Below are positions 26,424 to 41,000 of a DNA stretch of 64,000 bases, in pieces. The position numbers were made by a program, and so were the translations under genes. Origin of the DNA: Macrostomum lignano (lineage: Eukaryota); assembly GCA_002269645.1 (NCBI GenBank), contig NIVC01001410.1, forward strand, positions 124,001 to 188,000, read 5' to 3'. The notes below the pieces were generated by a model that saw only the letters and a list, made by a program, of their open reading frames with translations, had not been told where the DNA came from and searched no databases. The first letter of the stretch is position 1, and the number at the start of each line of letters is the position of its first letter.

Positions 26424-27051
26424 GTGGATTTGTGGAGACTACAGATGAATTTCTTTCTTTGGTTGTTTGTTTCTAAGAACTAAACAAAATATTTTTATTA
26501 ACTTAAAATCGAAAAGCAAAAATATTTTACCGAAAATAACAAAGTAAAAACATGTTTCAAGTATTTCTTTATTAATTACAGCGTAATACTGTATGATATT
26601 ATTCACTTAGTTTTGAATTTAAGAATGAAAAATGCTAAAAATGTGACAACTGGCGTAATAGCTAAGCATATCAGTTTTAAATTTAAATATTGCGATTGTT
26701 GCAAAGTAACTGTAACGGACTTCCGAAATTTGAGTAACTTACCGTTACTCCGTTACCAAAATAGGAAAGTAACTTGCGTAAGGAACGCTTTACGAAAAAG
26801 TAACTTGCGTTACCATTTACAAGTTACTCGGTAACGGAAGTGCCCAACACTGCACAAAAGGACCGATCGTAATATGTTGCACTTTACGAGCCTCGAACAA
26901 GTACGACGTGTCGTCCTTTGGCCACGAGTTAAGAAGCAGCTTGTAAGTTTTGTATGTAGCGAAGGTTTTGAGCATGTACTGGAATGCTCGGGGAAGTTTT
27001 CGTGGCGGCGGGATGAGTAAAAGAAATGCTAAAAAGTAGCAGTGTTAGTTC

Positions 27052-27416
27052 GGGGCAAAGGGTAGCCCAGCGGTAGCGCATGCGCAGCTGCTCTGGTGTG
27101 CCAGCGACCCAGGCTCGCTTCCAAGTGCAGTCACATTAATTTGGGGCTGAATTGGAATCTCGGCTTGGCTCTGCTCGTGCAATTAACGGCCTTGAAAGCC
27201 AACCCCCAAGGCGCAGTGAAGTGTACATGCCTAACGATAATATAAAGTTCGGGCCGCTGAACACTCCTGTGTGTGTGTACCTGCGTACGTATCCGCGCGC
27301 TTGTGTGCCTACTCAGGGGAGTCGGCGGAATGGGCAGTAATGCCTCTCGCCGGTTGTGTGCCTATGTCGCTTAAAGTGCGCCAGGGTGCACACAACCCCC
27401 TGCCTCTAATAAAAAA
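27052..27416 (+). mobile_element. tRNA-derived SINE with A-rich tail and 14-bp TSD
   Basis: TSD AGCAGTGTTAGTTC at 27038-27051 and 27417-27430. tRNA-like head (TAGCCCAGCGGTAG) and TAATAAAAAAA tail. Homologous to the 14131 copy. Confidence 0.8.
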
Positions 27417-27625
27417 AGCAGTGTTAGTTCCAGTGGTCCTTGGATGGGTATTAGGCAAGTACATGTATGGGATCGGCGAACCTTAAGGCGTGTGAAATCT
27501 TCGAGGACTACATATGTAGGTAATGAAGGAGAGTTAGTTAACACTGCAATTCTATACATCCAATCAGCTACATGTAAAGGGTGACCGGCGTTGCACTATA
27601 TGAAAAGGGCCGCGTTGTCACTTAC

Positions 27626-28069
27626 GGGTCTATGAGAATTTCCCGCAGGAAGTTTTACCGCCGAGGTTTGCCCGCCGAGAATTTCCCCGCAGGGGGGTTT
27701 CCTGTCGGAATTTCAAGTCAAATCCAGTCAATGCTGGACTAGATTAGAACTAGTCTAGGCTAGACTAGACTAGGCTAGACTAGGCATAAACTAGGCTAGA
27801 TTAAAAACTAGACTAGATTATAACTAGAATAAACTAGACTTCAAATCCGATTGGATTTGACTTAAAATTTCGACTGAAAAACCCTGTGGGAAAAACTCTC
27901 GCGGAAAAACCTCTCTGCGGGAAAATCTCGGCGGGGAAATCTCAGCGGGAAAAGCTCGGCGGGAAAACCTCCTGCGGGAAAACCTCCTGCAGGAAAACCT
28001 CGCTGTGGGAAAAGCTCGCGCGGGCAAACCTCGGCGGGAAAACTTCCTGCGGGAAATTCACGTGCTCCC
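27626..28069. mobile_element. Mutator-like MITE, 9-bp TSD GTCACTTAC
   Basis: GGG...CCC ends. TSD at 27617-27625 and 28070-28078. About 40-bp inverted match GAATTTCCCGCAGGAAGTTTT.., TTTTCCCGC subrepeats and a central CTAGA-type microsatellite. Confidence 0.8.
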
Positions 28070-29082
28070 GTCACTTACATATATGTACGTAGTAGATGCT
28101 CACGCCACCACGCGTTTTTATATATTTCCTCATATTATTCCACGATATCTTTAGAGCTTAACCTAAAGTTTCGGGTTAATTTATTGATGATATTAAGAAC
28201 ATGGTATTCCAATGGACTACTGGTAGCAAGGATGAATTAAGCGAACTAAGTAATCTCTATCGAGGCATCTACGTAGCTTGACTTCAGTAAGTTCCTGTAC
28301 ACCAACTACGTCAGCATGCGGCCGTCCAACGCGCTGGATGTTTTGGCTGCGGCAGTTAAGTTCGCCTGGACGACCTGCGGGGGGTTAGCTCGATTTCATG
28401 GAAGCACCTGGTCCGATAGAGTTACAAAACGTAGGAGTACAGTAAATGTATGGATCATACATCAATTTCCGCAGAAACTAAAAAATCAGAGTCTACTATG
28501 TCATATTTTAAGCTAATTAATTGCACCTGTAAGTTATAACATCTTTCTAAAAGAACTGCGACGTTTCCGTTTTTGTTAATATGCTCATGAATTTTCAACT
28601 ATTTTAATATCCTCCAACTGTAAATTACTAGATTTTTTTCTACCGCGCGGGGGTCCCCTAGCTAGCCACAAACAAAAGCAACCTATGACGAGTTTGTAGA
28701 CCTAAGTGTAAGTGATAAAGTTTTTTGTGTTTAGTGTGGTAGTAGTATCAATTCATTTAATTCAATTTCAGCACAGAATTGTGCTGAATTGAATGAACAC
28801 AGGGGCCTAACAATTGCAAGTTGTGTATAGGCCTATGCCCAAAGTTAAGATATTCAAGTAGGTCTACAGTACAGCTTTTCGGACTTTTCAGTCTTCCAGA
28901 CTTTTAGACCCACTGTGTGGCCGTGTGAACTTGTAGACATCTGACTTCTTAGGTAAACAGCCTAGTACTAGTAGGTCCAATTGCATATACCAATTGTTAG
29001 AAACTAGATAGTAGGGCCTAAGCCTTGTAAGTTTCCTACTAAAGAACTGGAACAATTCAAATCTTTTTTGTAAAGGCTAAGC

Positions 29083-32000
29083 ATGTCAAATGTTGTCAAA
29101 CAACTTGCTGGAGGTGGCGGTGGTCAAAGTTTAATGGACCGTGTTACAGCAGCCAAGCATTCAATATCTGGAGCTGGTTTGGCAAAAGTAATTTGCAAAG
29201 CAACAACTGAAGAGCAAATGACTCCAAAGAAAAAACATTTATATTGTAAGTATTCTACCTTTGTATTTTTAAATAAAAATTTCTAAGTTTAGGCCTATAA
29301 TTTTTTATATTATGCAATTTATCAATATACCCATATATATACTTAACTAGTAGAGACTAGTGCATTAAGCCCCCATGGGGCATTCAAATTCTAAATTAAA
29401 ACATTGGAAGCATGAAAAAAAACGTTTTTTGAATATTTGACCCATTTCCAAATCAATTTTTTCATTGTTACAAATTTGGTATACTTAGCAACATTTGAAA
29501 AGTCACTACTATATGTACCAGTGGCAGTAAGCAATTTCTCTTTAACTATTCTGAAATAAAAGATAGAAGAAAACTGATTGGGTGGCTTTAATCTATCCAA
29601 CAAAACCCTCACATATTGTACCCCCCTTACTTCATTCCTCAACTTAAGCCTGCTGTGGCGTAGCAAGTTACATCACTAGTAAAGATGGAAAGACTCTATC
29701 TGCACTCTCAAAAGAGGTAACCATAGACGGAATCTTCTATGATAATGATTTTTATGTTGCTGAGTATATAAGCATACTACAACACTAAGCCCCCAATATG
29801 GTGGGCATTCAAATAAAAAATTCAAACATAGAAAGCATTAAAAACATTGTTTTTGAATATTTGACCCACTAACAATTGGTATAAATATAAATAAATTTTA
29901 TATAATTTTATATACCAATTTTCCAAATGAATCTAAATTAATTGGGCCCATCAGCTACTGACCTATCTGCAACTATGCCACCTGGTTTTGTATTCATAAA
30001 ATTATATAAACAAGATTAAAGCAGTTTAAGGGGTTAATAAATTTCAGGCCAGCTTTTTAACCCTTCCCCCATCATGTACCCACTCTATCAGCCTGGTTGG
30101 TAAGCAATAATAAAATTCAACCAACCCCACAAAATGTGAGCCACACAAAGGGTCATAAAACTCTTTAAGTTTATTGTGAATGTATATCCTACACTGTACA
30201 TTGGCCAAGGAAAGGCCTAAATGGTTGAACTGAGCAATTAAATTTAGAAACAAAGTACTCATTGAAAGCATTAAAAATAAGTTTTCAAATATTTGACCCA
30301 CTTTCAATTCAAATTTTTCATCAAAAAAAGTTATGCATGATTGTTGAAAAATTACAATTTTTAAAGCTAATTTAAAAAAATCAAATAGACAATTCTCAAG
30401 AAAATCAATAACAAACAGACAGACAAACAGTGCAAAATTAGATATATAGATTTCCATTTTGTACAACTAGGTCAGTATAATTTTTATAGATTTTTTGTTT
30501 TTGTGAACTAGGCTTTATGGCCATCTTATTGATTATTGTCTATAAATAAAGTAAAAAAACTATAAATTAACAAATAAAGTCAAATTTATTCTAAAAAACA
30601 CAATATATTACTATGCACCCTGGCCTAACCTCCCTATTCTGAAAGAATAAATAAGTAAGAATAGCCTAATACTAGAAAAAGTGGACAAAATTTACATGCT
30701 CATAGTTTCTATCTTAATTGAGTTATAGAATTGATATTTTATATTTAGACAAAAAATTAGTCAATGAGAAATGAGGTTTGAAATCAATTGCTTCACATAA
30801 AGCAAACTTATAGCAGCCAAAATTTAGCCCATTGTCACTATTTTAGCACTAAGGCCATATTAGGAAAGAAAGAGAGGTAGGCAGAAGTTGGGATGGTTGC
30901 CTTTTTGAAAAAAGAAACTAACTTTCTATTTAGGATTAACTTTAAGATTCAAAATTTTTCACAATTGTGTCAAATTTGGAAACAATTAGTAAAAGTGGAA
31001 CAACACTGTAGAGGATTTAGTGAAAAATGCACTTTTGCACTTTTAGGTAGGAAGACTTGGATTTAAGAAATTTTAAGGTAGCCTATGACAATTTTCGTAG
31101 TGAGTTTAGAGGGGTGCAAAATATAATGTCATATCATAGCCTTGTTATCTTAGGATTTCCCCTCATGAGCCTTGTCATCTCAGAAATTCTCCACATGAGC
31201 CTTGTCATCTCAGAAATTCCCTTCCCATGAGCCTTGTCATCTCAGAAATTTCCTTCCTATGAGCCTTGTCATCTCGGAAATTCTCCACATAGCCTTGTCA
31301 TCTCAGAAATTCTCCACATTAGCCTTGTCATTTCAGAAATTCCCTTCCCATGAGCCTTGTCATCTCAGAAATTTCCTTCCCATGAGCCTTGTCATCTCAG
31401 AAATTTCCTTCCCATGAGCTTTGTCATCTCAGAAATTCCCTTCCCATGAGCCTTGTCATCTCAGAAATTCCCTTCCCATGAGCCTTGTCATCTCAGAAAT
31501 TCCCTTCCCATGACATGAGCCTTGGCATCTCAGCAACTCCCCCCCCCCCCATGAACCTTGTCATCTCAGAAATTTCCTTCCCATGAGCCTTGTCATCTCA
31601 GAAATTCTCCACATGAGCCTTGTCATCTCAGAAATTTCCTTCCCATGAGCCTTGTCATCTCAGAAATTTCCTTCCCATGAGCCTTGTCATCTCAGAAATT
31701 CTCCACATGAGCCTTGTCATCTCAGAAATTCCCCACATTAGCCTTGTCATCTCAGAAATTTCCTTCCCATGAGCCTTGTCATCTCAGAAATTCCCTTCCC
31801 ATGAGCCTTGTCATCTCAGAAATTCCCTTCCCATGAGCCTTGTCATCTCAGAAATTCCCTTCCCATGAGCCTTGTCATCTCAGAAATTCCCTTCCCATGA
31901 CATGAGCCTTGGCATCTCAGCAACTCCTCCCCCCCCATGAGCCTTGGCATCTCAGCAATTCCCCCCCCCCCATGAGCCTTGGCATCTCAGCAATTCCCCC

Positions 32001-35000
32001 CCCCCCATGAGCCTTGGCATCTCAGCAACTCCCCCATGAGCCTTGGCATCTCAGCAATTCCCCCCCCATGAGCCTTGGCATCTCAGCAACTCCCCCATGA
32101 GCCTTGGCATCTCAGCAACTCCCCCATGAACCTTGGCATCTCAGCAACTCCCCCATTGAGCCTTGGCATCTCAGCAACTCCCCCATGAACCTTGGCATCT
32201 CAGCAACTCCCCCATTGAGCCTTGGCATCTCAGCAATTCCCCCCATGAACCTTGGCATCTCAGCAACTCCCCCCCCCATGAGCCTTGGCATCTCAGCAAC
32301 TCCCCATGAACCTTGGCATCTCAGCAACTCCCCCCATGAGCCTTGGCATCTCAGCAATTCCCCCCATGAGCCTTGGCATCTCAGCAATTCCCCCATGAGC
32401 CTTGGCATCTCAGCAACTCCCCCCCATGAGCCTTGGCATCTCAGCAACTCCCCCCCCCCATGAGCCTTGGCATCTCAGCAACTCCCCCCATGAGCCTTGG
32501 CATCTCAGCAACCCCCCCCATGAGCCTTGGCATCTCAGCAACTCCCCCCCCCATGAGCCTTGGCATCTCAGCAACTCCCCCCCATGAGCCTTGGCATCTC
32601 AGCAACTCCCCCATTGAGCCTTGGCATCTCAGCAACTCCCCCATTGAGCCTTGGCATCTCAGCAACTCCCCCATGAACCTTGGCATCTCAGCAACTCCCC
32701 CATTGAGCCTTGGCATCTCAGCAACTCCCCCATGAACCTTGGCATCTCAGCAACTCCCCCATGAACCTTGGCATCTCAGCAACTCCCCCATGAGCCTTGG
32801 CATCTCAGCAACTCCCCCATGAACCTTGGCATCTCAGCAACTCCCCCATTGAGCCTTGGCATCTCAGCAACTCCCCCATGAGCCTTGGCATCTCAGCAAC
32901 TCCCCCATGAGCCTTGGCATCTCAGCAACCCCCCCCCATGAGCCTTGGCATCTCAGCAACTCCCCCCCCATGAGCCTTGGCATCTCAGCAACTCCCCCCC
33001 CATTGAGCCTTGGCATCTCAGCAACTCCCCCCATGAGCCTTGGCATCTCAGCAACTCCCCCATGAACCTTGGCATCTCAGCAACTCCCCCATGAGCCTTG
33101 GCATCTCAGCAACTCCCCCATGAGCCTTGGCATCTCAGCAACTCCCCCATGAGCCTTGGCATCTCAGCAACTCCCCCATGAACCTTGGCATCTCAGCAAC
33201 TCCCCCATGAACCTTGGCATCTCAGCAACTCCCCCATGAGCCTTGGCATCTCAGCAACTCCCCCCCCCCATGAGCCTCGGCATCTCAGCAACTCCCCCCC
33301 CATGAGCCTTGGCATCTCAGCAACTCCCCCCATGAGCCTTGGCATCTCAGCAACTCCCCCCCATGAGCCTTGGCATCTCAGCAACTCCCCCCCCATGAGC
33401 CTCGGCATCTCAGCAACTCCCCCCATGAGCCTTGGCATCTCAGCAACCCCCCCATGAGCCTTGGCATCTCAGCAACTCCCCCCCCATGAGCCTTGGCATC
33501 TCAGCAACTCCCCCCCCCATGAGCCTCGGCATCTCAGCAACTCCCCCCATGAGCCTTGGCATCTCAGCAATTCCCCCCCCCCATGAGCCTTGGCATCTCA
33601 GCAACTCCCCCATGAGCCTTGGCATCTCAGCAATCCCACAGTATTCAAACCTTATCAACACTAATTCGCGTACTAATTGCCCCCACCCCGGCAGACCTAG
33701 TGGAATGCACCAACGAGAGCAACATCAGCATTCCTGAGCTGGCTAACGAGCTACTAGAACGGCTGAAGCATCAAAACTGGGTTGTCGTATTCAAAACTCT
33801 AATTAGCATTCACCACCTGATGAACTATGGCAATGAGAGATTCACGCAGTATTTAGCCTCAAATAACTGCAGCTTTGCTTTGCTAAACTTCTCCGATAAG
33901 TCTAGCGTTCAGGGCGCCGATATGTCGCGATTTATTTGTCGGTATAGCGCCTACGTGCAGGAGAAAGCCATCGCTTATAGGAGCCTGGCGTTCGACTTCT
34001 GCAAGGTGAGACAATCTTGTTATTAACAATCGATGTGATTGTAATTTTTTATTGAAATATGCGATTTAGGCATGAGTGTTCTGGTCGTAGATTGGGATAG
34101 CGCTTTCTAAAGAGGGGCATGGGAATGTGTTGTAGAGGAGAGAATGTGTTGTACATGGGAATGTGTTGTACATGGGAATGTGTTGTACATGGGAATGTGT
34201 TGTACATGGGAATGTGTTGTACATGGGAATGTGTTGTACATGGGAATGTGTTGTACATGGGAATGTGTTGTACATGGGAATGTGTTGTACATGAGAATGT
34301 GTTGTACAGATAAAAATGTGTTGTAGAGGAGAGAATGTGTTTTACATGGGAATGTGTTGTACAGATAGGAATGTGTTGTACTAGTGGGAATGTGTTGTAC
34401 AGATAGGAATGTGTTGTACTAGTGGGAATGTGTTGTACTAGTGGGAATGTGTTGTACAGGTAGGAATGTGTTGTATAAGTGAGAATGATTTGTACATTCA
34501 AGTTAGAATGTGCTCTATAGTCGGGAATGTGCTACGAGCACAAGAATGCGTTTTCAACATGCTAATATTTTATTATTTCCCCAAAAAACTCACTCACAGA
34601 TTAAGCGCGGCTCCGAAGACGCCGTCCTGCGCACAATGTCCGCCGACAAGCTGCTAAAGTCGCTGCCAGTGCTCATTGCTCAATTTGACTCTTTGCTCAG
34701 CTTTGACGCCCGCGGCAACGAGCTTAGCAACGCCGTGATTAGCGCGGCATTTGCTCTGATGTACAGGGACGCCACCCGGCTGTTTGTGGCCTTTAACGAC
34801 GGAATTATTAACCTGCTGTCCAAGTTCTTCGAGGCTATGGGCAAGAAGCAGTGCAAAGAGTCGCTGGAGATTTATAGGAAATTTGTCACGCGAAGCGAAC
34901 GGCTTAATGAGTTCTCTAAGGTGAGATTGATTACCTATAATGTTGTATTGTAATGTGTTAATGTATGGGTTTAATGTGTTGTAATGTGATTAGCTATAAA

Positions 35001-38000
35001 TGTGTTGTAATGTGATTAGCTATAAATGTGTTGTAATGTGATTAGCTATAAATGTGTTGTAATGTGATTAGCTATAAATGTGTTGGAGTGCACTGTGATT
35101 AGCTATAAATGTGTTGGAGTGCACTGTGATTAGCTATAAATGTGTTGGAGTGCACTGTGATTAGCTATAAATGTGTTGGAGTGCACTGTGATTAGCTATA
35201 AATGTGTTGGAGTGCACTGTGATTAGCTATAAATGTGTTGGAGTGCACTGTGATTAGCTATAAATGTGTTGGAGTGCACTGTGATTAGCTATAAATGTGT
35301 TGGACTGCACTGTGATTAGCTATAAATGTGTTGGAGTGCACTGTGATTAGCTATAAATGTGTTGGAGTGCACTGTGATTAGCTATAAATGTGTTGGAGTG
35401 CACTGTGATTAGCTATAAATGTGTTGGACTGCACTGTGATTAAAGCTGTAAGTGTGCAGTGACAACTGACAAGTTTTTGAATAAGAAAGCTTGTTAATGG
35501 TGGTAAATATGCTTAGAGGGTGTCTAGTTGTACTAGATCACGCTAGGGTCATATATTTGGCGTAATAATTCATATGTAGTATTAGTATAGCTACATCAAT
35601 GTAGAGACAAGGACCGCGTTGTGGACCTAATATTTTGCGTATTATGGTAAATAAATATTGGAGGCGAGCCGGCGGCTGGGCGCCGTTTCCTCCGTCCCGT
35701 GTTTTGGGTGTGGCATTTTCTCAGCAAATTAGCTAATATAATTTCGCTATTAACTGAATGCGGCTTATCTCTGCTTGCGTGCCTGATTTACTTAAATTAT
35801 AAGTTTGTGTTTTATCTGGCACCCACATGTGCGCTCAGCAACACATAAACCCACCCCGAACTCGCGCTTTCAACGTGGAAAAAAGTCAAGAAATGTGATT
35901 TTTTCATTGGGAATTCTACTGGCGCCCCTGGTGCTGGCGCCCCTGTTGCTGGCGCCCCTGGTGCTGGCGCCCCTGGTGCTGGCGCCCCTGGTGCTGGCGC
36001 CCCTGGTGCTGGCGCCCCTGGTGCTGGCGCCCCTGGTACAGAAGCCTCTAGGGCTAAAACTGGGTGCTAAAACCTGGGTGCTAAAACCCTGGTGCAGAAG
36101 CCCCTAGAGCTAAAACCCCCGGATCTTGGTGCTAAACCCTTGGTGCAGAAGCCCCTAGAGCTAAAACCCCCGGACCTGGGTGCTAAACCCCTGGTGCAGA
36201 AGCCCCTAGAGCTAAAACCCCCGGACCTGGGTGCTAAACCCCTGGTGCAGAAGCCCCTAGAGCTAAAACCCCCGGACCTGGGTGCTAAACCCCTGGTGCA
36301 GAAGCCCCTAGAGCTAAAACCCCCGGATCTTGGTGCTAAACCCCTGGTGCAGAAGCCCCTAGAGCTAAAACCCCCGGACCTGGGTGCTAAAACCCTGGTG
36401 CTAAAGCCGCTATTCGCGGCTTGGCGAGTGTCCCTGGTGCCCCTAAGATTTTGCATGCTCTTAGTTCCTTCACACGTTAGTCCAAAATCCAAAACCAAAG
36501 TAATCCAAAATGACTGAAATTCTGTGCAGTCTGTATTAGGGGCTGTCAGCAGTTCACGGGCCATATTTTTTAGCGTGCTAATGCTGAATCATCATCATAA
36601 CACTAAAAGAACTTTAACACTAAACTGGCAGAGTTCGTACTGCCGCGTTTCTGTCAGCTAGAATCAAAAACTATTTTCAAAGAGAACAAAGCTTACGTAA
36701 CGATAAACAAGTATTTGAGACTTGATTTCACAATGAAATACAAAAAAGTATACATTATCGAGCCAACTGCAAATGAGAGCGAACTTCTCTGGTTAGCAAA
36801 GTCTTCAAGGTGAACAACTCAAACTAACTTAACTTAGCAATTGCAATGTGCCAGAAGGCTTATCTGCTTTGAACTCACTATCATTCTCCGCTTCTGGAGT
36901 CTAAAAGGGCACTGTTAATGTAAGCGGTGGTCTGAGAGTCTTGCCTCGAGAGAAAAACAAACCTATGCTGCAAAGTAGTCAGTCTGACCTTTTTAAAAAA
37001 CTTTTGAAGCTGCGCACTTAGAAGTACGATGCAACCTTTTTTTCCAGTAGTGTTTATTTGAATTGCGACTTGGACTTGGATTGAGCAGTGGATTGGAGAT
37101 TTGGATTGAGCAGTGGATTGGAGATTTGGATTGAGCAGTGGATTGGAGATTTGGATTGAGCAGTGGATTGGAGATTTGGATTGAGCAGTGGATTGGAGAT
37201 TTGGATTGAGCAGTGGATTGGAGATTTGGATTGAGCAGTGGATTGGAGATTTGGATTGAGCAGTGGATTGGAGATTTGGATTGAGCAGTGGATTGGAGAT
37301 TTGGATTGAGCAGTGGATTGGAGATTTGCATTAAGCAGTGGATTGGAGATTTGGGATTGAGCAGTGGATTGGAGATTTGGGATTGAGCAGTGGATTGGAG
37401 ATTTGGATTGAGCAGTGAATTGGAGATTTCGATTAAGCAGTGGATTGGAGAGACTTGGATTGAGCAGTGGATTGGAGAGACTTGGATTGAACAGTGGATT
37501 GGAGATTTGGATTGAGCAGTGGATTGGAGATTTGGATTGAGCAGTGGATTGGAGATTTCGATTAAGCAGTGGATTGGAGATTTGGGATTGAGCAGTGGAT
37601 TGGAGATTTGGGATTGAGCAGTGGATTGGAGATTTGGATTGAGCAGTGAATTGGAGATTTCGATTAAGCAGTGGATTGGAGAGACTTGGATTGAGCAGTG
37701 GATTGGAGAGACTTGGATTGAGCAGTGGATTGGAGATTTGGATTGAGCAGTGGATTGGAGATTTGGATTGAGCAGTGGATTGGAGATTTCGATTGAGCAG
37801 TGGATTGGAGATTTCGATTAAGCAGTGGATTGGAGATTTGGGATTGAGCAGTGGATTGGAGATTTGGGATTGAGCAGTAGATCGGAGATTTGCATTGAGC
37901 AGTGGATTGGAGAGACTTGGGTTGAGCAGTGGATTGGAGAGACTTGGGTTGAGCAGTGGATTGGAGATTTGCATTGAGCAGTGGATTGGAGAGACTTGGA

Positions 38001-41000
38001 TTGAGCAGTGGATTGGAGATTTGGGATTGAGCAGTGGATTGGAGATTTAGATTGAGCAGTGGATTGGAGATTTGGGATTGAGCAGTGGATTGGAGAGACT
38101 TGGGTTGAGCAGTGGATTGGAGATTTGGATTGAGCAGTGGATTGGAGATTTGCATTGAGCAGTGGATTGGAGATTTGCATTGAGCAGTGGATTGGAGATT
38201 TGCATTGAGCAGTGGATTGGAGATTTGGATTGAGCAGTGGATTGGAGATTTGGGATTGAGCAGTGGATTGGAGATTTGGGATTGAGCAGTAGATCGGAGA
38301 TTTGCATTGAGCAGTGGATTGGAGAGACTTGGGTTGAGCAGTGGATTGGAGAGACTTGGGTTGAGCAGTGGATTGGAGAGACTTGGGTTGAGCAGTGGAT
38401 TGGAGAGACTTGGGTTGAGCAGTGGATTGGAGATTTGCATTGAGCAGTGGATTGGAGAGACTTGGATTGAGCAGCGGATCGGAGATTTGGATTGAGCAGC
38501 GGATCGGAGATTTGGATTGAGCAGCGGATCGGAGATTTGGATTGAGCAGCGGATCGGAGATTTGGATTGAGCAGTGGATTGGAGATTTGGATTGAGCAGT
38601 GGATTGGAGATTTGGATTGAGCAGTGGATCGGAGATTTGCATTGAGCAGCGGATCGGAGATTTGGATTGAGCAGTGGATCGGAGATTTGCATTGAGCAGC
38701 GGATCGGAGATTTGCATTGAGCAGCGGATCGGAGATTTGGATTGAGCAGCGGATCGGAGATTTGGATTGAGCAGTGGATCGGAGATTTGGGATTGAGCAG
38801 CGGATCGGAGATTTGGATTGAGCAGTCACACTTGAATCATCAATGCCGCTTGCATGAGCCTGACTGGCCAACCCCGCCAACCTTCACCCAGGTCGCCGAA
38901 TACATCGGCATTGAACGACCCGACGTTACTCGTTTAGAGAAGCACCCAGCCTCCTTCCTGGAGGCCATGGAGTCGCACCTGGCTCACCTAGAAGGCCGCT
39001 CCAGGCCGGCGGTCAGCAGTCAGCAGCAGGTCTCGGCGGCTTCGGGCATGCCTCGATCTGCAAGCTCTAGCGGCGGTCTGGGCGCCCCGTCGTCATCTGC
39101 TGCCGCGCCTAAGCTTAGCCAGGTGCTACTAGAAGAGCAGCAGCAGCTGGATAGACTCAAGGCTGAGCAGATGCAGCGCCAGACGGCAGCCAATGCAGCT
39201 GCTAAGCCTGCTCAGGCGCCGGCTTCAGTAGACGATTTCTTCCTAATTGGCAGCGGTGCATCAACAGCAGGTTGTTATTCTTTCTGTACTGATTCTACTA
39301 CTGTCCAGTTGCTTATCAGTAGTAAAATGAGAATACTGAGTACTATTTTCTCCCATCCCGTGACCAATTTAGCACCGGCGCCTGTCGGTGTGCAGCAGCG
39401 ACATCCGGCCGCGCCAGCGTCTCCGTTTGTGGCCAATTTTCCAGCTTTAAATAATGCAGTTCCTCAGAACAGCAACGGTAGGTTTGTTTTTTTTGCAGCT
39501 CTTTTGTATTGTCTGCTCAACCCCTGCAACCGGTTTTGATGCCTTACTGTGTTTAAATCCCCATTTCCCATCCCCTGACTCACAAACAAATCTCCATTTC
39601 TCATCCCCTGACTCACTGTCAATCCCCATTTCCCATCCTTTGACTCATTGGCAAACCCCATTTCCCATCCTGTGGCTCACTGTCAATCCCCATTACCCAT
39701 CCTGTGACTCACACTCGATCCCCATTTTCCATCCTGTGACTCACACTCGATCCCCATTTTCCATCCTGTGACTCACACTCGATCCCCATTTCCCATCCTG
39801 TGGCTCACTGTCAATCCCCATTTTCCATCCTGTGACTCACTGTCAATCCCTGACTTACTGTCGATCCCCATTTCCTATCCCCTGACTCCCCTGGCGCTAA
39901 GTCTCGCCCCCATTCCCAATTCCCCATTTCCCCATTCAAGGCTTCGATCCGTTCGGTTCGGTGCTGCAGCCGGTCAGCGCCAGCAGCGGCGCTACTGCTG
40001 ATGGCGCCAATAATAACAAATCGGCGCCTGTCAATTTAAACAAAACCGGCTCCGGCAGCGGCAGCGGCATAACTGGGGACTTGGACTCGAGCCTGGCCAC
40101 TCTGGTTGGCAATCTCAACATGAGGCAGGGCGGCCAGTACTCGCAGGGCGGCAAGCAGCAGGCCGTCAACTGGGCCGTCGGCTCTTCGTCGTCGACCAAT
40201 TCGTCGTCAGTTGCCTCGTCGTCTGTCGCGTTCGGGCGTACCGCGGCGGCTGGAGGCGTCGGCGGTGGGGTGAAGATCTCCGCTGGACCGACAGTCAATT
40301 GGGGACAGGTATGTGGAGGTTGGCGCACTTGGCTGTCTAAACCAGGTCGGAGACTTAAAATACTTGGGAAAGCTTTGTCCGTGTCTCTTTTAACCTTAGC
40401 ATTAAAATAGAATATTGTGTTTTAGGTTTTGTTTCCAGTCCAGGTGCCTATAAAAAGCTGTTTAGTTTTCCCCGGCTTTTTAAAATGTCATCATTAGTCC
40501 CTGGTATTATAAGCTTCGTTTCATTTCCCCTAGTTATTACATTAGTCCATATCGATATACATGTAAGCTTTGTTTCCCGTCTAGTAATTATTTCAGTAGT
40601 CCCTGGCGTTAAATTTCTCGTCCAATAGTTATTTCAGTCGTCCCTGGCATTGTAGGTTCTCGTCCACTAGTTATTTCAGTCGTCCCTGGCATTGTAGGTT
40701 CTCGTCCACTAGTTATTTCAGTCGTCCCTGGCATTGTAGGTTCTCGTCCACTAGTTATTTCAGTCGTCCCTGGCGTTATAGTTTCCCGTCCACTAGTTAT
40801 TTCAGTCGTCCCTGGCGTTATAGTTTCCCGTCCACTAGTTATTTCAGTCGTCCCTGGCGTTATAGTTTCCCGTCCACTAGTTATTTCAGTCGTCCCTGGC
40901 GTTATAGTTTCCCGTCCACTAGTTATTTCAGTCGTCCCTGGCGTTATAGTTTCCCGTCCACTAGTTATTTCAGTCGTCCCTGGCGTTATAGTTTCCCGTC

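Larger units (their letters stand above)
25680..26852. mobile_element. hAT-like non-autonomous element
   Basis: TIR CAGTGTTGGGCA/TGCCCAACACTG. TSD CACAAAAG at 25672-25679 and 26853-26860. Many GTAAC/GTTAC subterminal motifs. Confidence 0.9.

Noticed and set aside
28227-28300. Additional P footprint (CAAGGATGAATTAAG...GACTTCAGTAAGTTCCTG)
   Set aside because: No flanking 8-bp duplication.
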